This document shows positions 7,480 to 17,603 of a stretch of 64,000 bases of DNA, one piece after another. Under the pieces are notes generated by a model. It worked only from the letters and a program-made list of their open reading frames with translations. It had not been told where the DNA came from and searched no databases. This stretch comes from an uncultured Gammaproteobacteria bacterium (GTDB lineage Bacteria > Patescibacteriota > Microgenomatia > UBA10105 > UBA927). Location of the stretch: the NCBI GenBank assembly GCA_964553825.1, contig CAZKLT010000002.1, forward strand, positions 2,068 to 66,067, read 5' to 3'. Both the position numbers and the translations under genes were made by a program. Numbering within the stretch: position 1 is the first letter of the stretch; each line of letters begins with the position of its first letter.

Positions 7480-8430
7480 CTATGCGTGTTCCTCCAGGTA
7501 TTTTTGTGCGTCCATTGCGGCCATGCACCCTTGTCCCGCCGCTACAATCGCCTGGCGGTATCGCGGGTCAACACAATCGCCAGCAGCAAATATTCCGGGG
7601 ATCGATGTTTCTGTTTGTGATCCCGTTGCCGACGCCGAATGGTTGACGACAATGTACCCTTTTTCATCCAGTTTCAGAGTTCCTTTGAGAAAATCGGTAT
7701 TGGGTTTGTGTCCGATTGCCAGGAAAACTCCTTGAGTAGTTATAGTGCTCACTTCACCTGTTTGAGAGTCCTTCAATCGCACTCCCGTAACCGCCGTTTC
7801 TCCCATAATCTCCTCTACTATCTTGTTGGTGAGGAAGCGAATCTTCGGATCCTTACGGGCGCGCGCCAACATGATCGCCGATGCGCGGAATTCGTTTCTT
7901 CGGTGAATAATGGTAACGTTGGTGGCAAACTTCGTAAGAAATGTTGCCTCTTCCATCGCCGTATCCCCGCCGCCAACGACAACCACTTCTTTCCCGCGGA
8001 AGAAAAAGCCATCACATGTTGCACAAGCAGATACGCCTTTCCCCGCGAGCTTCGATTCCGAAAGAAGACCAAGATACATGGCCGATGCTCCCGTGGCGAT
8101 GATAACCGTCCTGGCGGTGTATTCTGCGTTTTGGGTTTTGAGCGTAAATTCTTTTTCTGATTTGGGCGTTATCTTCGTTACGATTTCCCCCTTTACCTCA
8201 GCGCCAAAGCGTTCCACTTGTGTCTTCATGTCAACCATTAACTGAGGCCCCAAAATACCTTTTGGAAAGCCAGGGAAATTATCAACCTCTGTCGTGGTCG
8301 TCAGCTGGCCGCCGGGTTGTATTCCCGAGAGCACCAAGGTCTTGAGAAATGCCCGGGCGTTGTAGAGGGCGGCAGTGTATCCCGCAGGTCCGCTGCCTAC
8401 GATGGCGACGTCATACATAGGAATATCCAT
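7480..8430 (-). CDS. trxB: Thioredoxin reductase
   Basis: GSGPAGYTAA, CATCDG, GGGDTAMEEA and FAAGD motifs. Confidence 0.97.
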   Translation of the reverse strand: MDIPMYDVAIVGSGPAGYTAALYNARAFLKTLVLSGIQPGGQLTTTTEVDNFPGFPKGILGPQLMVDMKTQVERFGAEVKGEIVTKITPKSEKEFTLKTQNAEYTARTVIIATGASAMYLGLLSESKLAGKGVSACATCDGFFFRGKEVVVVGGGDTAMEEATFLTKFATNVTIIHRRNEFRASAIMLARARKDPKIRFLTNKIVEEIMGETAVTGVRLKDSQTGEVSTITTQGVFLAIGHKPNTDFLKGTLKLDEKGYIVVNHSASATGSQTETSIPGIFAAGDCVDPRYRQAIVAAGQGCMAAMDAQKYLEEHA

Positions 8431-8753
8431 CAGTTGATTAACTTGCTCAATTCAGACAGAAGCGCTTCTTTGCTCTGAACACCGATAAACTGCTTCACTA
8501 CGGTTCCATTCTTGAATATCATGATGGTGGGAATGCTCATGATGCCGTATTGCTGAGCCGCATTCGGATTTTCATCAACATTCATCTTGCCAATTTTTGC
8601 TTTTTCCCCGACGGCGGCTGCCACTTCTTCAACAATCGGCCCCTGAACTTGGCACGGACCGCACCAAACCGCCCAAAAATCCACTAAAACCGGCTTATCC
8701 GACTTTAATACCTCAGTCTCAAAGTTTGCATCAGTAATCGTTACATCTGCCAT
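8430..8753 (-). CDS. trxA: Thioredoxin
   Basis: WCGPC active site, 107 aa. Confidence 0.97.
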   Translation of the reverse strand: MADVTITDANFETEVLKSDKPVLVDFWAVWCGPCQVQGPIVEEVAAAVGEKAKIGKMNVDENPNAAQQYGIMSIPTIMIFKNGTVVKQFIGVQSKEALLSELSKLIN

Positions 8754-8815
8754 ATCGTTCCCCTTTCAAGGATTACTACTCTATCACCAGTATATCATCT
8801 ACACAAGAGCAGGTA

Positions 8816-10831
8816 TTATGCAGCATTCCGTACCGCGATAAGATGATCAGCTATTTCCACAAGAAGCCGTTGCTTCCTTTTAGAATTCAGTCGATTGAGC
8901 GCAACGGCAATCATGAAAGATTCATACGAGGGGTGATTCATGTCCTTCAGAAGCCGTTGTAATTTTCTGTCTTCCTTGTTGGAAAAAATCGGCCGAAGAT
9001 GTCGCGGCAGTCGCCGGGACGATGCATGAAGGAGATTCCGCCGTTCATACAGGAGTTTTATCGCGGTAACGCCTCGTCCCACCAACTCATTGGTAATCAC
9101 GCGATCTTTTGAACGGGTCGCCATCCGCTCGCTCGCCACCTTAGTTAAGAGTGCTTTTTGAATCGTCTCCCGGGCGAGATTTGTGGTTGCCCACGAAAGG
9201 GCTGCGGGCACAAAATTATCGCGCGAGGGCACTTCTACCATGAGAATCTTGTCGCCATCCTTTAATGGTGCTGAAAGCGGTAAACCGGCGTACCTATCTT
9301 CTCTTTTGACGTGAACCGTATGTACTAAACGCGCTACAGTGGTTCCAAAGTAACATGCAGCGTCAAAGAGTGTTGCTCCCCGGGGAAATATGGCAGGCTT
9401 TCCGTCGTTTCCATACACCCGCACGAGCGGCTTATGAAGGTGACCGATAATTTCACGGACAATCTTCCCAAGGTTGTGATTGGATCCGGAAGCCACATCT
9501 GCAGGCCAGATTGCGTGCAGCTGGACAAAATTTTCATGCAGCATGGAAAACTCCCGAAGTGCATTTGAATCCTGCATTTCCCTACGAAACGGGTTAACCA
9601 CGGGTGTTAAATCTCTTGCAAACTGCTCATACGTCGCAAAACGTACCATGACGACACGCCCACGGACCATGGTCGGAATTTCCCCTATCCCTCCTTCCCG
9701 AACCGCTGTTTTAAATTGCCCCCATGCTCCCGGCGGGAATCTGAAGCGTTTATGAAGCACATCCCACCACGGTCGAACGGCGGACAGCAGTCTGTTTTCA
9801 TTATGCTCAGAGGCGGCCATGGGAATGGCGATGTTCACCAGCGGCGGAACCGTCGATGTAGCGTCAACGTCTTCCAGTTTGCTTCCAAACTCGCGAAGCG
9901 CGTGCCACCAGGACGGAGTAAATGCATACACATCCGGCTTCTCACTATGCGGACTTTTGTCAAACTCCTGACCGATCTCATACTCGATGAGATCAAGCTC
10001 ACTGCGGGGATATAAATCCAAGGTGTTTGCCTCCAATATCGCGGCTTTCTTTTGCGCATACACCGATAGAGCCCTGCGGGTCAATTCTTCCCGAAGCCAG
10101 TGCATACGCAGGCGGTCTGCCAGAGGGACATAGAGCTCGAGGGTTTCAAACGCCTTCCTGCCCATACTTCCCTTTTTAATGCTTTCGTTCAGTGTCAGAA
10201 AATAATCCAACCGGTCAGCCAGTTTTGTGATAACAACACGATAGTTATCCAGTGCCTCAAAAAGACGGTAATGCGTCATGATCGGAAGATTTGCCTCAAT
10301 GATGCCCGACTCTTCCTCCTGCCCCTGGCCGTCGCCATTGACTTTTCTCAGATACCGGGATTTTGCCTTTGAAACCGACTGAACAGCCCGCGCCATTGGT
10401 GCGCCAAATTCCTGCGCTACAGCTTCTGCGGTTATCACTGGATGATTTGAAATCGTCCAATACTTGTCGTCTTTGGTGTCTTCAATAATGTCATGTAAAA
10501 GACCGTGCTGGATATTAAATACGTCTCCTCCAACGGCAGCGATAATAATGGCGACCCGCTTGAAATGGGTGCTCGTAGGGGTTATGCCGTCTTTTCGCAT
10601 GTGGCCATGCATGTTGGTTGTCGCATAGGTATTTGCATGGTCAATCTGGTCTATTTCTTCCGCGGTAAATTCTCGCTCGCGGCAAACCTGAAAAAGGAGG
10701 GCATCATACTCTTCAGGCGTCGTGAGGCCTTCCAAACGCTGGATAATTTCCGGTCCCCGCTGGGATCCGACCTCTCGGACATATTCGAGAATTGCTTCCA
10801 TAACCGCGCGCGTAGCTTTTTTTGACGACAA
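8816..10831 (-). CDS. Divergent RelA/SpoT-family protein (HD hydrolase + TGS; synthetase looks degenerate)
   Basis: HMRKDG, LLHDIIEDT, KLADRL, ETLELYVPLADRL and a TGS-like FPRGATLFDAA. Confidence 0.8.
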   Translation of the reverse strand: MSSKKATRAVMEAILEYVREVGSQRGPEIIQRLEGLTTPEEYDALLFQVCREREFTAEEIDQIDHANTYATTNMHGHMRKDGITPTSTHFKRVAIIIAAVGGDVFNIQHGLLHDIIEDTKDDKYWTISNHPVITAEAVAQEFGAPMARAVQSVSKAKSRYLRKVNGDGQGQEEESGIIEANLPIMTHYRLFEALDNYRVVITKLADRLDYFLTLNESIKKGSMGRKAFETLELYVPLADRLRMHWLREELTRRALSVYAQKKAAILEANTLDLYPRSELDLIEYEIGQEFDKSPHSEKPDVYAFTPSWWHALREFGSKLEDVDATSTVPPLVNIAIPMAASEHNENRLLSAVRPWWDVLHKRFRFPPGAWGQFKTAVREGGIGEIPTMVRGRVVMVRFATYEQFARDLTPVVNPFRREMQDSNALREFSMLHENFVQLHAIWPADVASGSNHNLGKIVREIIGHLHKPLVRVYGNDGKPAIFPRGATLFDAACYFGTTVARLVHTVHVKREDRYAGLPLSAPLKDGDKILMVEVPSRDNFVPAALSWATTNLARETIQKALLTKVASERMATRSKDRVITNELVGRGVTAIKLLYERRNLLHASSRRLPRHLRPIFSNKEDRKLQRLLKDMNHPSYESFMIAVALNRLNSKRKQRLLVEIADHLIAVRNAA

Positions 10832-10918
10832 AAAAACCCAAGGCGTGCTTGGGAATTGTTGCCAGGATCGTTAATTGTAGCACTCAGACGGGCTCTTTTT
10901 CAACTATAGGATATAGCC

Positions 10919-11464
10919 CTACTCCATTGTCTGCTCGGGGCCATGATCTCGCCAGTAATCGATAAAGGTCTCTATGCGTTTGGCGTCAAATTCGTCGAAT
11001 TTATCAATTCGGTTCCACGCGGTGAGGGCTATTTTTGTATCCAAAAGCGGTCGAGGCACGACAAGAAGTTTCCACACTTTCTTCTCTGTGGCCAGATCGG
11101 AAAGCTGTTTTACTAGCGTTTTACAGGCTTCCGTATCATTTGTCGCGCTTGCGGTTGCCTCTTTTTCTTGAGCTCCCGCATTACAGTTATAATTAATATT
11201 CACATATCCATGCTCAAGAGCATGGATAAGCTCGCCTTCTTTTTGGGGTTCTTCATAGATCTCCGCTTTTACCCAGGTTTCTACATGGGGTCCGCTCGTG
11301 GGAGGATTGCTGTTGTATGTGGTTTTGGAGACCTCATCTGCGCTCACATGCTGCCTGCCCTGATCAGCAACCGCAATACCGGGAGGAGGAGTCGCAAGAT
11401 ATCGCACAAACCAGATACTGCCGACGAGAAAAACGATACCGAGGATGATTTTCCACCAACTCAT
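10919..11464 (-). CDS. DUF3105 family membrane-anchored protein
   Basis: NSNPPTSGPH, HALEHG and ALTAW motifs. Confidence 0.85.
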   Translation of the reverse strand: MSWWKIILGIVFLVGSIWFVRYLATPPPGIAVADQGRQHVSADEVSKTTYNSNPPTSGPHVETWVKAEIYEEPQKEGELIHALEHGYVNINYNCNAGAQEKEATASATNDTEACKTLVKQLSDLATEKKVWKLLVVPRPLLDTKIALTAWNRIDKFDEFDAKRIETFIDYWRDHGPEQTME

Positions 11465-11468
11465 GACT

Positions 11469-11675
11469 CTACGAAGATATCACACTGTACCCTGCTTTGG
11501 CTACCACGGTTTCTATCGTATCTTCCGCAACCGTCTTGGGGTCATATTCAACTTCAAGCGTTTCTTTTGCATAACTGCAGCGCGCCCGGACGCCCGCATC
11601 TTCCAGGTCGCCCTCAATAACAAGCGCACAGCTGGTACAGTGCATTCCTTTTATTTTGTACGTTTTTTTCGTCAT
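11469..11675 (-). CDS. copZ: Heavy-metal-associated (CopZ-like) chaperone
   Basis: GMHCTSC motif, 68 aa. Confidence 0.85.
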   Translation of the reverse strand: MTKKTYKIKGMHCTSCALVIEGDLEDAGVRARCSYAKETLEVEYDPKTVAEDTIETVVAKAGYSVISS

Positions 11676-11677
11676 GA

Positions 11678-12691
11678 TTATGGAATCACATTGAATGAAC
11701 CGGTAAACATGCCCATGCTACAGGCAAATGCCAGCCTCCCCTCTTTCTTCGGGGTAAACTCAATAACCTCTTTGTCATTCTCTTGCAGAACTTTCGAAAT
11801 ATTTAAATCGGGTATGGTAAACGCGCGGGCGCATCCTTTTGCTCCGTTGGCCGCAAGTGTCAGGCGGACCGGAATGTTTCTTCTCAGTGTCGTTGCAGAC
11901 GCGGTATATCCCCGATCGGTAACGTCAATGGTTACTTCCTGCGTACCATTGGCATCTACAGCAGCCAGGTGTGCCTTTCCCGCTAATTGATCTGGATCTA
12001 ATGTGGCTGCTGCCACAAGATTATCCCAGGTATAAAACGAACCACGAAGCCCCATGCCACCGTTAATAGACAGAAGCGCAAATATGACAACGACGCTCGC
12101 GGCTACATAAGCGAAAACGCGGCGCTCAAGAAGCTTTACCAGCGAAGCCCCGAGAGCAAAAAATAATGGACTTGTTCCCAGCACGAAGGCGCCCATGATG
12201 GCCGCTCCCATGAGAGGGCTTCCCGACGCAACGGCCACGGCCATAGTGGCCTGTGTGACGCCACAGGGCATAAGGACGGTAAATAATCCAAGCAGTGCCG
12301 GCCCAAATAAGGACGCGTTTTTGCTTTGATTGCGCAGGAGTCTATACGCCCACCGTGGAGGCTGGATAACGGCATATCTGAAAATCGGGTGGAGATCCAG
12401 CAGGCGCGCAGCCGTTGCTAACATATAGAGCCCAACAGCAATCTGTAAACTCCCCAATATTTTTGGAGACAGCATGAGTGATGAGCCGAGCATCCCAAGA
12501 AGATATCCTAATAGGATATAGGCAAGAAGCTTTGCCGCCAAAAAGACGGCCACATACTGCCACCGCCCTGTCGTATCATCTTCTCCCCGGACGGAGGCGA
12601 TTGATGACGCAAGGAGTCCGCCCTGCACTGCAAGACACGAAATGCCGCCGGTGGTTAACCCTGTGAGAAATGCGACCCAGATGAGATTCAT
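11678..12691 (-). CDS. DsbD_2/TauE-type membrane protein with C-terminal cupredoxin-like domain
   Basis: GGISCLAVQGG, LMPCGVTQA and C-terminal FACSMGM. Start set at MNLIW. Confidence 0.85.
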   Translation of the reverse strand: MNLIWVAFLTGLTTGGISCLAVQGGLLASSIASVRGEDDTTGRWQYVAVFLAAKLLAYILLGYLLGMLGSSLMLSPKILGSLQIAVGLYMLATAARLLDLHPIFRYAVIQPPRWAYRLLRNQSKNASLFGPALLGLFTVLMPCGVTQATMAVAVASGSPLMGAAIMGAFVLGTSPLFFALGASLVKLLERRVFAYVAASVVVIFALLSINGGMGLRGSFYTWDNLVAAATLDPDQLAGKAHLAAVDANGTQEVTIDVTDRGYTASATTLRRNIPVRLTLAANGAKGCARAFTIPDLNISKVLQENDKEVIEFTPKKEGRLAFACSMGMFTGSFNVIP

Positions 12692-12713
12692 ACCTTGATA
12701 GTATACCAAACGC

Positions 12714-12773
12714 TTGACAGATCCAACGTATGGTTGTATTCTCTTTATATCCCCTATGGGGGGATTAAGTCAA
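12714..12773. promoter_or_regulatory. Overlapping opposite-strand promoters with a probable CsoR operator
   Basis: Plus strand TTGACA(12714)-17-TATTCT; minus strand TTGACT-18-TATAAA; C/G-tract palindrome ATCCCC-TATGG-GGGGAT at 12749-12765. Confidence 0.7.
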
Positions 12774-12783
12774 GAGGACGCAT

Positions 12784-13062
12784 ATGCCGAAAGGAATACC
12801 ACGAGATCAATCAACGAAACGCGCGGTACTCCACCGCCTGAAAATTGTCCGGGGACATCTGGACCGGGTGGTGGCGATGGTAGAATCCGGTGAGTACTGC
12901 GTGGATGTTATTCATCAGTCACTGGCTGTCCAGGCAGCTCTCAAGTCTATAGATGAAGCAATTCTCCAAAATCATATGGAAACCTGTGTTGCAGAGGAAA
13001 TCCGTAAAGGAAATACAAAGGAAGTAATAAAGGAAGTAATGAAAGTAATGAAGAAGAAATAA
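12784..13062 (+). CDS. csoR: CsoR/RcnR family copper-sensing repressor
   Basis: RLKIVRGHL, YCVDV and NHMETC (C-H-C ligands). Confidence 0.92.
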   Translation: MPKGIPRDQSTKRAVLHRLKIVRGHLDRVVAMVESGEYCVDVIHQSLAVQAALKSIDEAILQNHMETCVAEEIRKGNTKEVIKEVMKVMKKK

Positions 13063-13071
13063 GGAGGCTCT

Positions 13072-13635
13072 ATGAAACAACCGATCGTACTTACGTATTC
13101 ATTGCTCTGTATCGCGCTCATCATGGGAATGGCCGCAGGCTATGCCCTTTCCCCCGGCTATCCTGACCAAATGCTCCAAGAAAAATCCATGAGTTTGGGC
13201 CCTGTTGATCGTTGGTTTGATGCACGGTATATTGATGCGATGGCGGCTCATCACCGAGGCGCGATGCTTCTTGCCCAGCAGGCAAAAGGTCAAAGCACGC
13301 GCCACGAAATCCTGGGCCTGGCACAGGAAATCCTTACCAATGAGCCGAAGCTTATCGAGGAACTGTACGGCTGGAAACGCGCATGGTACAAAGACAACCG
13401 TCAAGCCAAGGATCCGATAGTCGCGAATCTTGCAACCTATGACGAAAAATTTGATCTTCGATTTCTTAATGCACTTATTGCCCATCACGAAGCGGGTATC
13501 GCCATGACGCAGGAAACCCGCATGAAATCATCAAACAAGGACGTACTTAACAATGCGGATGCGGTTGAAAATTTTCTCAGAACAACAATGGGTACGCTCA
13601 AAGAGTGGCGAAAAGCCTGGTATCAGGTGGAATAA
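13072..13635 (+). CDS. DUF305 (CopM-like) protein
   Basis: Two MxxHHxxA-type repeats (MAAHHRGA, LIAHHEAG). Confidence 0.88.
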   Translation: MKQPIVLTYSLLCIALIMGMAAGYALSPGYPDQMLQEKSMSLGPVDRWFDARYIDAMAAHHRGAMLLAQQAKGQSTRHEILGLAQEILTNEPKLIEELYGWKRAWYKDNRQAKDPIVANLATYDEKFDLRFLNALIAHHEAGIAMTQETRMKSSNKDVLNNADAVENFLRTTMGTLKEWRKAWYQVE

Positions 13636-13638
13636 CCT

Positions 13639-15930
13639 ATGACAGAAACAACACAAACCTTTACAGTTCGCGGCATGCACTGCGCAAGCTGCAGCACCCT
13701 GATCAAACGACGGCTGGGCAAACTCTCTGGCGTAACACATGCTGATGTTTCCTATGCGGCAGAAACGGCGTCCGTCACGTTTAATCCACAACACGTTGGC
13801 GTGGATGCTATGAATGCAGAAATCGGGAAATTAGGATACCATCTTACTTCCACAGCGCAGTCTCACCCGAAACAGATACCAACCCATGGGAATGATCATG
13901 CAGCGCATACCGGCATGACACAAACAGCAGACGAGAAGCAGGCCGAGCTTCAGCAACTCAAAGAGAAAACTGCGTTTATTTTTCCATTGGCACTGTTGAT
14001 TTTTGCGGTAATGATTTGGGATATCGCAGCCATGTTTTCCTGGCTTCCTCCGTTCCCTATTCCCATGGCGGTATTTAATCCTATTGCTTTTGCTATTGCC
14101 TCTGTTGCGTTGTTTTGGACCGGCAAACCATACATTGATGCGGTGGGCAGGTTTATCCGGTACCGCGCGGCAAATATGGACACGCTTGTTGGTATCGGGA
14201 CATTAACCGCCTACCTGTATAGCGCAGCGTTTCTCCTCTTCCCTCAGATACACCGTTTTCTCAGTGTCCCTGAGGGACTCTATTTTGATGTGACGATTGT
14301 GGTTATTGGGTTCATCACCCTCGGAAAATTCTTAGAAGCACGCTCAAAACTCCAGACCGGTGAAGCCATTGAAAAACTTATCCATTTATCTGCAAAAAGT
14401 GCACTCGTTCTGAGAAACGGGAAGGAAATGGAAATCCCCGTTGAGGAGGTTCTCGTTGGAGATATTCTTATTATTAAACCCGGGCAAAAGATTCCCGTAG
14501 ACGCCACGATCACACGGGGCACCACTGCAATCGACGAATCTATGATCACGGGTGAACCGCTTCCGGTTGATAAGAAACCCGGTGACACCATTATTGGTGC
14601 GACCATCAATTCCTATGGTTCGATCCAAGCGACGGCAATCAAGGTTGGCAGCGATACCATGCTCGCGCACATTATTCAGATGGTTCGCGATGCCCAGAGC
14701 TCCAAAGCGCCGATTGAACGATTGGCTGACACCGTTTCTTCCGTCTTTGTTCCGGTCATTCTCGTCTTATCCATCCTGACGCTTGTATTCTGGTTTTTCA
14801 TGGGAAATATTTCCCTGGGCATTCTCTCGTTTGTTGGAATCCTTGTTATCGCATGTCCGTGCGCCATGGGACTGGCAACCCCGACTGCGATCATCGTGGG
14901 AGTAGGAAAAGCCGCCGAGCAGGGCATCCTTATCAAGAACGCGGAAAGCCTGGAGAAACTCTCCTCCGTTTCAACCATCGTTCTGGATAAAACGGGAACA
15001 ATTACGGAAGGCAAACCGTCGGTTACAGACATTACGCCGGTTGCTGCAAGGGGGAAATCTCGCGTACTTTCGCTTCTGGCATCGCTTGAGAACCTCTCAG
15101 AACACCCGCTGGCGCATGCAATCGTGCATAAGGCAAAAGAGCAGAACCTTCCCCTCTCTCCCGTTTCACGCTTTACGGCGATAAGCGGGAAGGGCCTTGC
15201 GGGGGATATTCAGAGAAAGACCTATTATGCCGGCAACACCAAGCTTGCCTCCGATCTGGGTATTTCCTGGGACAAAGCGATTGTCGATGCGTTTGCCAGT
15301 GAAGGGAAAACACCCATACTTCTCATGAGCAAAACTGATCTATTGGCATATGTGGCGCTTGCTGACACCTTAAAAAAGAACGTAAAAGAAACCATGCAGG
15401 ACCTGCACCGTATGCATCTGACCGTCACGATGCTTACCGGTGACTCTGAAAAAACAGCGCGGGCGATCGCTAGACAGGCAGGCATCGATACGGTTATTGC
15501 TGAAGTACTTCCTGCCGACAAAGCCAGTGAAATCAAGAAGCTTCAGACGCAGGGGCAACGGGTCGTCATGGTAGGAGACGGTATCAATGATGCTCCTGCC
15601 CTCGCCACCGCCGATGTTGGCATTGCCATGGGGACAGGCACCGATGTAGCGATTGAATCGGCGGGCATAACACTGCTGGGCGGCACTATTACCAAACTTC
15701 CGCGCGCGGTTGCCCTCGCACGGCTTACGATGCGCACGATCAAACAAAATCTCTTTTGGGCGTTCTTCTACAACGTCGTGAGTATTCCTGTTGCTGCCGG
15801 AGTGCTGTATCCCATTTTAGGCATTATGCTTAATCCTGCCATTGCCGGTGCGGCCATGGCCCTTAGTTCCGTATCTGTCGTTGCCAATTCGCTTCGCCTT
15901 AAATCCGCCCGTATCACTAATCCCTATTGA
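13639..15930 (+). CDS. copA: Cu(I)-translocating P1B-type ATPase
   Basis: GMHCASC, TGEP, CPC, DKTGT, SEHPL, GDGINDAP, YN and MALSS motifs. Confidence 0.97.
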   Translation: MTETTQTFTVRGMHCASCSTLIKRRLGKLSGVTHADVSYAAETASVTFNPQHVGVDAMNAEIGKLGYHLTSTAQSHPKQIPTHGNDHAAHTGMTQTADEKQAELQQLKEKTAFIFPLALLIFAVMIWDIAAMFSWLPPFPIPMAVFNPIAFAIASVALFWTGKPYIDAVGRFIRYRAANMDTLVGIGTLTAYLYSAAFLLFPQIHRFLSVPEGLYFDVTIVVIGFITLGKFLEARSKLQTGEAIEKLIHLSAKSALVLRNGKEMEIPVEEVLVGDILIIKPGQKIPVDATITRGTTAIDESMITGEPLPVDKKPGDTIIGATINSYGSIQATAIKVGSDTMLAHIIQMVRDAQSSKAPIERLADTVSSVFVPVILVLSILTLVFWFFMGNISLGILSFVGILVIACPCAMGLATPTAIIVGVGKAAEQGILIKNAESLEKLSSVSTIVLDKTGTITEGKPSVTDITPVAARGKSRVLSLLASLENLSEHPLAHAIVHKAKEQNLPLSPVSRFTAISGKGLAGDIQRKTYYAGNTKLASDLGISWDKAIVDAFASEGKTPILLMSKTDLLAYVALADTLKKNVKETMQDLHRMHLTVTMLTGDSEKTARAIARQAGIDTVIAEVLPADKASEIKKLQTQGQRVVMVGDGINDAPALATADVGIAMGTGTDVAIESAGITLLGGTITKLPRAVALARLTMRTIKQNLFWAFFYNVVSIPVAAGVLYPILGIMLNPAIAGAAMALSSVSVVANSLRLKSARITNPY

Positions 15931-15972
15931 TCTTGGCTTCCTAAGCGCGCACAATGACATTAAGGAGGGACT

Positions 15973-16383
15973 ATGGACAGCAAATCAATGCTATACGGCA
16001 TCATCGGACTGTTTGTTGGTGCGGGTATAACCATGTATCTCGCCAGCTGGGCGGTCAATTCCGGAAATACGGATATGATGAGTACGATGGGCATGCGTGG
16101 TATTCAGACACCATCAACACAACCGGCGCCGCACGGTAATATGGGAATGGGCTCAAGTATGGATGACATGATGAAATCTCTTGATGGAAAAACGGGAGAC
16201 GCGTTTGACAAAGCATTCCTGGATGCGATGATCGTGCACCACGAGGGCGCAATCGATATGGCGAAAATTGCTCAAAATGGCGCAGAGCACGCTGAAATCA
16301 AGACACTTGCCGGAGAGATTATCACTGCGCAAACGAAAGAAATCCAGATGATGCGCCAGTGGCAAACACAGTGGGGATACTAA
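15973..16383 (+). CDS. DUF305 (CopM-like) Met-rich protein
   Basis: FLDAMIVHHEGAIDMA, Met-rich linker, AAGGAGG RBS. Confidence 0.88.
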   Translation: MDSKSMLYGIIGLFVGAGITMYLASWAVNSGNTDMMSTMGMRGIQTPSTQPAPHGNMGMGSSMDDMMKSLDGKTGDAFDKAFLDAMIVHHEGAIDMAKIAQNGAEHAEIKTLAGEIITAQTKEIQMMRQWQTQWGY

Positions 16384-16389
16384 TCCCGA

Positions 16390-16836
16390 TTACTCTACGA
16401 TAAGCGTGCCCACCATACCGTTTGCACGGTGCTGACCCACGCTACAGTAGAATTCATACGTCCCCGCTTTGTCAGCGACGAACGTGAGCGTGTCGGTCTC
16501 CCCATTTTTAATCTGCTTTGTTGCCGCGTCAAATTCATCAACAACCCAGTCATGCGGCATTTTCCCGCTGTTTGTTAAATTGATAGTCACCGTGTCTCCC
16601 TCTTTTACGGTGATGGTTTTCTGATCATACCCGAACTCAAAACTATCAATCGTGAATTCTTTTCCTGCCTCGGGCACAGCCGCGTCTGAACCAACCATCA
16701 TTTCATTTCCCGTTGGCCCCTTGGTACCACCGGCGGGCATCGTACTCTCAAGAGAAGCCGGTGACTTTTGGGTCATGAAGTAATATGCGCCACCAACGAC
16801 TACCACAAGAAGAAAGACCATGAGTATTTTATTCAT
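16390..16836 (-). CDS. Cupredoxin (plastocyanin/azurin-like) membrane-anchored protein
   Basis: PHDW ... YCSVGQHRANGM type-1 Cu ligands. Confidence 0.9.
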   Translation of the reverse strand: MNKILMVFLLVVVVGGAYYFMTQKSPASLESTMPAGGTKGPTGNEMMVGSDAAVPEAGKEFTIDSFEFGYDQKTITVKEGDTVTINLTNSGKMPHDWVVDEFDAATKQIKNGETDTLTFVADKAGTYEFYCSVGQHRANGMVGTLIVE

Positions 16837-16974
16837 ATACCGTTACCCTACTATATCGCTTCGTCTTTGTAAAGCGTATTACAAAATCTTATTCATAAAT
16901 TTACCACCTCTTGGTGTCCGGGAGCACTGATACCAAACGCGGAAGATGATTTGCTGGTAGAGTTACTATCTCCC

Positions 16975-17601
16975 ATGAAAACAACACCACTTGCCTCATC
17001 TCACCCGCATCCTGCATTTGCCCCGCGGGAAACAATACCCGAACCCTTGCGCGAGCATTCGTCCGGAAAAAAAAGTCACACACCGCTTTGGCAGGTCTTT
17101 CTTCTACTCGTGGCGCTGTTTTTTTTGGGAGCCAACACAATACTCTTTGCCTATCTGAATTGGAAAACAAAACTCCTTGTGGATGAGAAGAACGTACCCA
17201 CCATAACACCCACAGCATTTCGCACGCCAACCCCTACTTCAACCCCGTACCCCCTACCACAGGGAATACAATCATTCAACATCAATTACAGCACATCAGC
17301 GACAGGTCCAAAACTGGAAAAGGTTTTTGTCGATCCGTTTGACCCACAGCTCGATATGCACCAACGTATTACAATCGCCGCCTCTCATACTCACCCCATC
17401 GGTGCAGTCGCCCTCACGTTGTCATCCGATCACAAAGAAGCCACATATAGCATGGAGCGGATAAGCGGTACTGACACACAGGGTGTTTGGCAAACGACAA
17501 TTACTACCGACGATACGCACTTGTACCGCTACTACGTGTTTTTTAGCATTGAGAGCCAAACTGGTTCCTTCAACGGAGGACTCACGTTTCGCGCATACTA
17601 A
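16975..17601 (+). CDS. Hypothetical single-TM protein with Pro/Thr linker and beta-rich C-terminal domain
   Basis: ORF with a TM segment and TPTP linker; translationally adjacent to the next gene. Confidence 0.65.
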   Translation: MKTTPLASSHPHPAFAPRETIPEPLREHSSGKKSHTPLWQVFLLLVALFFLGANTILFAYLNWKTKLLVDEKNVPTITPTAFRTPTPTSTPYPLPQGIQSFNINYSTSATGPKLEKVFVDPFDPQLDMHQRITIAASHTHPIGAVALTLSSDHKEATYSMERISGTDTQGVWQTTITTDDTHLYRYYVFFSIESQTGSFNGGLTFRAY

Positions 17602-17603
17602 CA

